This document shows positions 28,710-36,600 of a stretch of DNA of 64,000 nucleotides, one piece after another. Location of the stretch: the NCBI GenBank assembly GCA_048569615.1, contig JBLIRK010000001.1:18896-82895 (forward strand). The letters run 5' to 3'. Every line of letters begins with the position of its first letter. The stretch's first letter is position 1. Both the position numbers and the translations under genes were made by a program. The notes beneath the pieces are model-generated. The model did no database searches, was not told the origin of the DNA, and saw nothing but the letters and a program-made list of their open reading frames with translations. The stretch comes from Thermoplasmatota archaeon (lineage in GTDB: Archaea > Thermoplasmatota > Penumbrarchaeia > Penumbrarchaeales > Penumbrarchaeaceae).

Positions 28710-29363
28710 TCACAATTTCCTTCTGAGGAGATAGGCCCAGTTGTGGAACATCTCTCCATCCTCTGGGTCCACCCCTCCGACGAAAAGAAGCGAATCCATT
28801 AATTCGAAACCGGATATTTCGGCAACTTTTTCGACGTAGCCCCTACCGTGCAGTATAACCTTTCTCCCCCATTCGGTATCCATGTTCTCGATCCCGTCCC
28901 CAACGGGACCTCCGTCTTTCCCGCACATGGTGGTGAAGACGAATGTTCCTCCGGTTTTGATCACTCTTGCTGCTTCCCTGAAGATGAAGGAAAGGTCCTC
29001 GAAGAAATGGAGGACGCCGTGGGCCAAGCCATGATGGAAGAAACCATCATCATACGGCAATGGGTCCTTTGAGATGTCGAGAACCTTCAGCTCTTTGGCA
29101 AAATCCTTCCTTTCGCATTGAAACAGCATTTCCCTTGATATGTCGACTCCATATACTTCAAGACCGTATCTGCCATACCTCTGCGAGGACAGGCCTGTTC
29201 CTATGCCTATGTCCAGGAGCCGCTCCCCCGGTGAGAGTCTGTCGAACTGCAGTCCGAAGAGAACATTGCCTCCAAACGACCTGTATTCCGAGGTCATATC
29301 GTCGTAGGATTCGGCGAAGCTTCCTTTCAACTCCTCTTCGGGCATACCCATGTCGATGGACAA
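28710..29363 (-). CDS. Class I SAM-dependent methyltransferase
   Basis: Motif I LLDIGIGTGLSS. Post I acidic residue region ..VYGVDISREML.. Motif II/III region. Confidence 0.75.
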   Translation of the reverse strand: MSIDMGMPEEELKGSFAESYDDMTSEYRSFGGNVLFGLQFDRLSPGERLLDIGIGTGLSSQRYGRYGLEVYGVDISREMLFQCERKDFAKELKVLDISKDPLPYDDGFFHHGLAHGVLHFFEDLSFIFREAARVIKTGGTFVFTTMCGKDGGPVGDGIENMDTEWGRKVILHGRGYVEKVAEISGFELMDSLLFVGGVDPEDGEMFHNWAYLLRRKL

Positions 29364-29371
29364 GGACCACC

Positions 29372-29851
29372 TTAAAATTGACTGATGATCTTAACGACCG
29401 CTTCAAACGGGAGCTGGCTCTTCATCGATATCTCATCCGTATCGTAACCCTCCTCATGGAGCCTCTTGACAACATTCTCGATTGGCTCTCCAACTTCAAT
29501 TACGTAGCCGTCCGGGTCGAGGAACCTCATATTTCTCTGCCCCCATGCCTCTTCCTTTATGGTATGGATGAATTCCACGCCATTCTCGAGGAGCCTGTCC
29601 TGGACCTCCTCGATATCGTCGGATTCGAAATAGAGCTCCACTGATTTGATCTCCCCATCATCACCAAATCTCCCTGGCTCACCGAAGACGATCTCGGAGG
29701 CCCTTTCCCTGTCCCAGAGTGATATCGAATCCCTGAAGGCGATGTTCGCTCCGAAGTCGTACTGGACCTCGAGCCCTATCAGCTCCTCGTAGAACTTCCT
29801 GGAAATCGAAATATCGCTAACGGTTATGACCGGCATCTCGAATTTCATCAT
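29372..29851 (-). CDS. VOC/glyoxalase-bleomycin-resistance family protein
   Basis: Paired beta-alpha-beta-beta-beta modules (..VITVSDISISRKFYEELIGLEV..). Confidence 0.6.
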   Translation of the reverse strand: MMKFEMPVITVSDISISRKFYEELIGLEVQYDFGANIAFRDSISLWDRERASEIVFGEPGRFGDDGEIKSVELYFESDDIEEVQDRLLENGVEFIHTIKEEAWGQRNMRFLDPDGYVIEVGEPIENVVKRLHEEGYDTDEISMKSQLPFEAVVKIISQF

Positions 29852-29864
29852 ACATGCTCACCAT

Positions 29865-30359
29865 TCATCCGATCGGTGCGTGTATCTCGGTGAGCAGCTC
29901 CTCCGGGGGAACCTCCCGGGGGCTGTTCCAGTACAGTTCCCTCAGATCTCCCTTGAGCTCCTTTCCGTTCTCCGCCATCCACGCGAACAATCTGCTGTAT
30001 GCCGGACCCATGGAATCATAGGGGCCTTTATGAACCATCTTCGCGACCGTGCCCCCCGGGAGCTCGTAGCATTTTATCTCATCCGTCTCCGGAGCGATGT
30101 CTCCGGCGATGGGAAAAGCAGCTTCCAGGTCCGCGTTGTTCTCCGCCATTGCCTTCATAGCCTCCTCCTCGGACCTCTCGTGGCTCACGAAGATGGCGGG
30201 TCCCTTGAGCTGGATGTTGTTCGCCATCGCGTGATGTACAAGCGACATGAAAAGGTTGGGTATCTCGTGATATCCTCCCGTCTTCCTGATCCCGATGACC
30301 TTTATCGATTCCACTTCAATGATCTCTATCTCTCCCATTTGCTCACCACTATCCATCAA
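29865..30359 (-). CDS. GyrI-like small-molecule-binding domain protein
   Basis: ..IEIIEVESIKVIGIRKTG....ELPGGTVAKMVHKGPYDSMGPAYSRLFAWMAENG.., typical of the GyrI/SbmC/AraC-effector fold. Confidence 0.6.
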   Translation of the reverse strand: MMDSGEQMGEIEIIEVESIKVIGIRKTGGYHEIPNLFMSLVHHAMANNIQLKGPAIFVSHERSEEEAMKAMAENNADLEAAFPIAGDIAPETDEIKCYELPGGTVAKMVHKGPYDSMGPAYSRLFAWMAENGKELKGDLRELYWNSPREVPPEELLTEIHAPIG

Positions 30360-30433
30360 TGCAATTCATTATAAAAACAAGACCTGTGGGGAGGGAGATC
30401 GAAGTAAAACGAAAGTAAGTATCATTATAAAAT

Positions 30434-30880
30434 TCAATACGCTGAACTATATGATTTCGCTATGATATCTTTTTCCCAGACGACCTTGTTCTCGTCAATA
30501 TTGATTATTATTACCGAATATGTCTCGCCCTGGGTTAGGGCTGGAAGTCCGGTTGCGATTGTGAGAGTATCTCCGGCGTTCGAGGTTGTAGTGTCAGTCA
30601 GAGTCGTTGTATCAATCTTGATATCATAGTCTCCCCAGTTGATCTGTCCATATACGATCTCTATTTCGATCATGTCAGCCGTATTTGGTCCGGATACATC
30701 CGCATAGAGATTAACCTTAATGCCTAAGGTTTCAACCTCATCTTCCTCATGATGATAAGGTTCAGAAATTAGAAAAGCAACAAAGCATCCAATGAAAAAG
30801 AATGTAACGAATGAGAAAACCATCGGACATGATATATTCCCTACTTTCTCTTCATTATCGATATATTTCATACTAGACAT
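30434..30880 (-). CDS. Paralogue A of a small N-terminally membrane-anchored protein family associated with the rSAM/SPASM gene
   Basis: MSSMKY...TM FSFVTFFFIGCFVAFLI; core ..KVNLYADVSGPNTADMIEIEIVYGQINWGDYDIKIDTTTLTDTT..; C-terminus ..NKVVWEKDIIAKSYSSAY. About 75% nt identity to paralogue B over the 3' half. The track start 30988 was rejected. Confidence 0.6.
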   Translation of the reverse strand: MSSMKYIDNEEKVGNISCPMVFSFVTFFFIGCFVAFLISEPYHHEEDEVETLGIKVNLYADVSGPNTADMIEIEIVYGQINWGDYDIKIDTTTLTDTTTSNAGDTLTIATGLPALTQGETYSVIIINIDENKVVWEKDIIAKSYSSAY

Positions 30881-30930
30881 GATATTTACCGAATTAATAT
30901 GAATAAATATATACCTTCCCCTTTTATAAA

Positions 30931-31092
30931 TCAAGGATTTGATAATTCTGGTCTGTACACTGGCGTTCCATACATAGATTGGCCCCAAAGGAATACATAT
31001 GTTATTGAAAATCCGATAAGGAATCCCAACACCGCGCTAGAGATGATGAGTATCCAATTACCGACACTCATAGAAGTGAAATAACTGAACAT
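30931..31092 (-). CDS. Unannotated 53-aa small membrane peptide, paralogue of 31622..31768, with a conserved C-terminal YGTP[IV]YRP motif
   Basis: Hand translation: MFSYFTSMSVGNWILIISSAVLGFLIGFSITYVFLWGQSMYGTPVYRPELSNP. ATG start, TGA stop. Aligns with the other peptide over NWILIISSAVLGFLIGF/QWIILISTALVSFSIGF and MYGTPVYRP/HYGTPIYRP. Confidence 0.45.
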   Translation of the reverse strand: MFSYFTSMSVGNWILIISSAVLGFLIGFSITYVFLWGQSMYGTPVYRPELSNP

Positions 31093-31157
31093 TAATATAT
31101 CTTTTACTATTATAGTTAATATTCAACGATAATGGAAAAAAATTTTAACTTTCTCTG

Positions 31158-31595
31158 TCAATATGAAGAAACATATGATTTTGCAATGATATCTTTTTCC
31201 CAAACGACCTTGTTCATAACTATATCTATTATTTTAACATTGTATTCATCGCCCTGAGTGAGTGTCAGCCCAGTGCTGATGACCAGGGTCTCACCAGCGG
31301 TTGTAACGGTGGTATTTGTCAAGGTTGTCGTTCCTACTATGATCCGGTAGTCTCCCCATTCAATCGTCCCGGAAATAACCTCTATTTCAATCTTGTCTGC
31401 CCCTGCTATCTCTGTATCCTCGTAGAGATTGACTTTGATATTCAAAGGACGATGAAAAGGTTCAGATCCATCTTCCCATGGAAACACTATAACTCCTAAT
31501 ATAAATCCACCGATAAAAGATAATATTATTACTATTACAAATGCTATGGCCATCCATGGTGTCCAGATCCTTTCTCTTTCATAAACATCGACCAT
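31158..31595 (-). CDS. Paralogue B of the small membrane-anchored protein family
   Basis: TM MAIAFVIVIILSFIGGFILGVIVF. Core ..KVNLYEDTEIAGADKIEIEVISGTIEWGDYRIIVGTTTLTNTT.. C-terminus ..NKVVWEKDIIAKSYVSSY. Confidence 0.6.
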   Translation of the reverse strand: MVDVYERERIWTPWMAIAFVIVIILSFIGGFILGVIVFPWEDGSEPFHRPLNIKVNLYEDTEIAGADKIEIEVISGTIEWGDYRIIVGTTTLTNTTVTTAGETLVISTGLTLTQGDEYNVKIIDIVMNKVVWEKDIIAKSYVSSY

Positions 31596-31621
31596 ATATC
31601 AATCCCCAATTTTTCATTTTA

Positions 31622-31768
31622 TTATTTTATCGCTGGACGATATATCGGTGTACCATAGTGTTCCTCTGGCATATTGCTCGATAAGGCTATGAATGCGGCA
31701 CATGCGAATCCAATGGAAAAGCTAACCAACGCGGTTGATATCAATATTATCCACTGTGCTAACTTCAT
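31622..31768 (-). CDS. Unannotated 48-aa small membrane peptide immediately downstream of the rSAM/SPASM gene (candidate precursor peptide)
   Basis: Hand translation: MKLAQWIILISTALVSFSIGFACAAFIALSSNMPEEHYGTPIYRPAIK. ATG start, TAA stop. It lies 69 nt after the rSAM stop and 26 nt before paralogue B. Confidence 0.45.
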   Translation of the reverse strand: MKLAQWIILISTALVSFSIGFACAAFIALSSNMPEEHYGTPIYRPAIK

Positions 31769-31837
31769 GTATATACATACAATAATGGAAATTTATATCT
31801 ATCTAAGAGCTTTTACGAATGAATATTTTTAATATTA

Positions 31838-33190
31838 TTAATTATTCCTTGATATTTCATATAAGCATAGATCATTGTGTTTTAAATCCGTACCCTGGGT
31901 TACCATCGAGGTCACACATCCTCCCCTGCATGTTACCGAGTACTTGCATTTGGCGCAAAAGCCATCAAGTTCCCTTTCCTTCCTGTTGAAGGAGAATGTG
32001 TTTATGTTCCGCCATAGATCGAAAAAATCATGTGTCCTGATATTGCCGACAACGAAATTGTCGGGTTGTATGGGGCATCCTTTAATTTCCCCTTCAGGAC
32101 CTATTGCTGCATGATTCAATCCTGCCATGCAACCTTTCCATTCATGATCTCTTAGGTCATGATTGGAATGGTAACCGAGGCTGTCTCCCACGAAAACCTT
32201 GCATTTCCCTTCTAATTGATGTCTGAACTCTGATACCTTGTCAGCAAGTTTTACATATTCCCCCTTGCTCAAAGACATCTCGCTGGAGAGATTTCCCAAG
32301 GGGATTGCATAGAATATCTCCCAGGATGTTATCTTTTTTTGGATAATGAGTTCCTTGATATTATCAAGATCATCGAAGTTCTTCTTTGAGATGGAGGTCG
32401 TTACTCCGAAAGGGATTTTGTATTTTCGAAATAACGATATCGTATTCATGACCTTTTCGAAAACTCCCTCCATATTTCTAAAATCATCATGTACTTTACC
32501 TACTCCATCCAGACTTATGTGTATATTGAACGTATCCAATTCTTTTATCTTCGTGGCCATTTCATCATCAATCAATGTTCCATTGGTTGTTATGCCTACT
32601 TCGATACCGCTTTTCCTCGCTTCACCTAGGATCTGGAAGATGTCTGGTCTTATGAAGGGCTCCCCTCCAGATACATTTATTATGAACACTCCATTTTCAG
32701 CCCAGCCCTTCACGCAATCGATAGCCTCTGTAGTGGAGAGTTCTCTTTTTCTCTTCACATTGTCCCTGTTGGCGCAATGCGAGCATCGGAGGTTGCACTC
32801 ATTTGTGATGATCCAAGAGAGCTGATTTGGTGCTGAAAGAAATGGGTATTTTTCCTTACTTTTAAAGTATTTTGATTGAGGAATTTCTTTATCCATCTCG
32901 ATGAATCCAGATCCCTGAAGGACTGCAATCGAATTTAGGAAAAACACAGCATCGACAAAACGCGAACCCACTTTCTTCTCTTTATATAATTCGAATAGCT
33001 CTTCAATCGTTTTCTTCCCATCAATCAAAAATAGTATATCACTGATCTCCTCCCCGACATGGAGTAAGAATAGGTCTTCAGGATTGAAAATTGTATGACC
33101 AAATGATTCCTTTCTTATCTTAAGTTCTTTTTTTTGGGGGATCGAACTTGAATATTCCATTAGAAGTATCTTTTCAAACATTGTTATCAT
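31838..33190 (-). CDS. Radical SAM enzyme with an N-terminal PqqD-like RiPP-recognition element (RRE) and a C-terminal SPASM (auxiliary 4Fe-4S) domain
   Basis: rSAM cluster motif ITNECNLRCSHCANRD (CxxxCxxC). GGEPF. C-terminal Cys-rich SPASM region ..KGCMAGLNHAAIGPEGEIKGCP...FCAKCKYSVTCRGGCV.. N-terminal ~120 aa: ..GHTIFNPEDLFLLHVGEEISDILFLIDGKKTIEELFELYKEK.. resembles PqqD/RRE. Confidence 0.85.
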   Translation of the reverse strand: MITMFEKILLMEYSSSIPQKKELKIRKESFGHTIFNPEDLFLLHVGEEISDILFLIDGKKTIEELFELYKEKKVGSRFVDAVFFLNSIAVLQGSGFIEMDKEIPQSKYFKSKEKYPFLSAPNQLSWIITNECNLRCSHCANRDNVKRKRELSTTEAIDCVKGWAENGVFIINVSGGEPFIRPDIFQILGEARKSGIEVGITTNGTLIDDEMATKIKELDTFNIHISLDGVGKVHDDFRNMEGVFEKVMNTISLFRKYKIPFGVTTSISKKNFDDLDNIKELIIQKKITSWEIFYAIPLGNLSSEMSLSKGEYVKLADKVSEFRHQLEGKCKVFVGDSLGYHSNHDLRDHEWKGCMAGLNHAAIGPEGEIKGCPIQPDNFVVGNIRTHDFFDLWRNINTFSFNRKERELDGFCAKCKYSVTCRGGCVTSMVTQGTDLKHNDLCLYEISRNN

Positions 33191-33205
33191 CTATCTTTTT
33201 ATTTT

Positions 33206-33682
33206 TTAATCTCCCCACCCGTAACTGGCGTAGACGTAATCCCTCCAGACCAGGTCGTCCCAGTAATCATATATGGTTACCTCGTAGTATTCATCGGATT
33301 CTATATCCATATCGTAGATATGGAAAACCATCTCGTCTCCGGAATATGACCAGTAGTCGTAATAGGTGTCGGGATGGACCCTTTCGTTACCGACATAGAC
33401 CTGATAGTCGCTCCAGTAGATCCTTCCGTAATAAACGTATATGACCAGTGTGTCATCCTCGGAATAGAGGTTGGCATTAATATCCCAGTCTTCCCCGTAA
33501 TAATCATCATCGTAGCTCTCCTCCCAGGGATCATCGGGAAATGCGACATAAACCACTATTACGGACACCACGATCCCTGAAACGAAAAATGCCGGAAGCA
33601 GGAAGAAGAAGACCTTCAGCCACATTGGGTCCTGCCCACCAGATTCCCTCTCCATGGAAAGAGCATCGAAAGGATAGTTCAA
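33206..33682 (-). CDS. Paralogue C (divergent) of the small membrane-anchored protein family, with an ectodomain extremely rich in Tyr/Asp/Trp
   Basis: TM LKVFFFLLPAFFVSGIVVSVIVVYVAF. ..INANLYSEDDTLVIYVYYGRIYWSDYQVYVGNERV.. aligns to ..KVNLYxD...IEIE...G.I.WGDY.I.. of A/B. C-terminus ..LVWRDYVYASYGWGD resembles VVWEKDIIAKSY. Confidence 0.55.
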   Translation of the reverse strand: MNYPFDALSMERESGGQDPMWLKVFFFLLPAFFVSGIVVSVIVVYVAFPDDPWEESYDDDYYGEDWDINANLYSEDDTLVIYVYYGRIYWSDYQVYVGNERVHPDTYYDYWSYSGDEMVFHIYDMDIESDEYYEVTIYDYWDDLVWRDYVYASYGWGD

Positions 33683-33697
33683 ATAGCTTTCCGAAAT

Positions 33698-36600
33698 CTA
33701 TGCCGCCCTGGTCCTGGCCAGAAGGTCCTCCCTTGCCGTCCTTATAACGAAGTTAAGCCTGTTGTAGAGGTTGACCTCCGATGTGCCGGGATCCATATCC
33801 AGATACAGGACATTGAGGTCTGGATATTTCTTCTTCAGGGCCTTCTCAACCCCTTTCCCGATGATATGGTTCGATATGCATCCGAAGGGCTGAACGCATA
33901 TTACGTTGTTTACATCATCCTCGGCGAAGGCACCGATCTCCCCGGGTATGAGCCATCCCTCACCGAACTGGTCAACAAGGCTGACGACGTCCCTGGACTT
34001 CTTTGCCAGGGACCCGACGTAGTGGTTCCTTCTGTAGTACTTGAACTTGGCCCTGACCTTCTCGTACATCCTCATGTAGTATCTGGCGATCCACTCCTCG
34101 GGATAGGAGAGCACCGTCTTCAATCCTCTATTACCGGTATCGTTATCGGCATGGAACCTTACGTTCAAATATTCCTGGGCGAAGAAATCAGTGATAGGAG
34201 GCACTATCACATCGATGCCCTGCTCCACCATGTAATCGACGATGAAGAAATGTCCGAAGGGATTGTACTTGGCATAGATCTCTCCCACCAGGCCTATGGT
34301 CGGATGCTCCTCATCGTCCGTTTCCACCCGGTTGAACTCGAGAACCGCCTGCTCCAGGAGCTCCGGGAGCTCCCCCTCCCTCCCGAACTCTATCGCCCTG
34401 CCCGCCATCTGTATGTACTTGTCGGAAAGATCCGAGGCCTCGCCCTTGTTGATCTCCCTGACGGCAGTGGAATAGTACATCTGCATCACTGCATCCGCAA
34501 ACAGGACGCCGTGGAGACCCTGGAGCACCATTTTCCTCTTGTTTATCCTGAATCCCGGCTGGTAGTTGAGCTGCTTGCTGGACATGGACAGCGTTATCAC
34601 CGGCACATCCTCGAAACCGGCCGATACGAGTCCCTTCTGCAGGAGAGAGAGGTAGGAGGAGGCACGGCATTGGCCTCCCGTCTGGGTTATCCCTGCGGCA
34701 ACGTCCCTTTGATCGTACCTGCCGGAAAGTAGAGCCTTGAGGATATCACCGATGACTATCACCGCCGGATAGCATATCTCGTTGTTGCAGTACTTCAAAC
34801 CGACTTCCACCGATTCCCTGTCAGGAGGAGGAAGCACCTCCAGGTCGTATCCCAATGAAGAGAACGATGATATCAGGAGGGGGGAGTAGAACCTGGAGAA
34901 GAAGGGAGCGATTATCTTCCTTTTCCTGTCCTGGATCGTATAGGCCGGCGTGACCTTTCTTTTCATGGGCCGGAACCTCTTCCCGAGCCCCCTTATCTCC
35001 AGGGACTCCATCATGGACCTGAGCCTCAACCGTATAGAGCCGGGGGAGCTCACCTCGTCGATCCTCAGGAGAGTGTGGTTCTTGCCCGCCTCGGCAAGCA
35101 AGGTCCTGGCCTCATCGCAAACGAGCGCATCCGGACCGCAGCCGAAGGAATTCAACTGAACTACCTCGACGTTGTCCTGCTCCTTTGCCCACTGGACCGC
35201 TTTGTATACCCTGTTGGGATACTGCCACTGGGTGAGCACTCCCACATCGGCAAGGGTTCTGTCGGAAACGGGAACCGAATCCTCGGTGATCACATCCGCT
35301 CCCAGACCTGCCAGCATCTCCGTGAGCTTGTGGTTGATGAGGTGATCGATATGATAGGGTCTTCCCACCAGAAGGACCACCAGCCTTTTTTCCTTTTTAG
35401 CCTCCGAGATGATCCCAAGGGCCTTCTCCCTCACGCTCTCCTTGTAGGATATCTGCTCCCGCAAAGCCTTCTCGAAGGCTTCCCTTGCCTTCTTTCCCTC
35501 CACCCCGAGGCCCTTGAGGTACTTCATGCAGCCTTTCCTGAGCAATCTCCTGTCCTTGAATGAGATAGTTGGAGAATCGAAGGGTATTCCCAGACGCTCC
35601 TCAGGATCCAAGGCGCTTCTTACAACATCGGAGTAGCCGGAAACGACAGGGCAGTTGAATGAATCCAGCTGACCCTCGAACTCCTGCTCCTCGAACAACA
35701 CCATCGGTAAGAATATCCTGTCAACCTTCATCTCCGCAAGTTTCTTTACGTGGCCGTTGACGAGCTTTGCGGGGAAACAGATGTTCTCCGACATCGTGCT
35801 CCTTGTCCCCAGCTCGTTTATCTCCGGGGTGGATGGAGGAGAGAGGACGAACTCGAAACCGCTCTCCCGAAGAAGAGTGGCCCAGAAGGGGAAGTTCTCG
35901 TATATGTTCAGGACCCTCGGTATTCCTATCCTTCCAAGGGGGAGTCCTTCCGGTGAAAGCTTGCGGTCGAAGAGTAGATCGAGCTTGATATCGGCCAGGT
36001 TGCAACCCTTTCTCGTACCCGTTCCTGCGTTATTGAAGATCTTCTCGCACTTGTTCCCGGTGTAGAAGAGCTTGCCGTTCCCGAAGGTGAACTGGGTGAC
36101 AGTGCAGCTGTTCCGGCAGCCGCCGCATCTGATGAAACACGCGGTATTCTCCGTTGCCATGTCAAGACTGCCGAAACCGACAAATGTGGATGCCTGGGCA
36201 TCCTTTGAATACGAATCCGCTGCGGTCAAAGCCGCTCCGTATGCTCCCATGAGCTCAGGTGAATCGGAGCAGATCAGTTCCTTTCCGAGTAACAGCTCGA
36301 ATGCCCTGTGAACGGCAGGATTCCTGAACGTGCCCCCTTGGACTACGATATTATCACCAAGAACATCCGGGTCCTTGATCTTCAGGACCTTGTAAAGGCA
36401 GTTCTTCACCACAGAGAACGCCAATCCTGCCGAGATATCCGGGACCGAGGCCCCCTCCCTCAATGCCTGCTTCACTTTGGAGTTCATGAAAACGGTGCAT
36501 CTTGTGCCCAGGTCGTAGGGTCTTTTGGATTCGCAGGCCATCCTGGTAAAATCCTCGACGCTCTCTCCGAGGTTGTTGGCGAATGTCTCTATGAACGAGC

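Noticed and set aside
30881-30988. N-terminal extension of the paralogue A ORF (MGPIYVWNAS…)
   Set aside because: It overlaps the conserved small-peptide ORF in another frame. The paralogue B alignment supports the MSSMKY start.
30899-31084. 61-aa plus-strand ORF in the paralogue A/B intergenic region
   Set aside because: The minus-strand 53-aa ORF in the same place has a paralogue with a conserved motif. The plus-strand ORF has no support.
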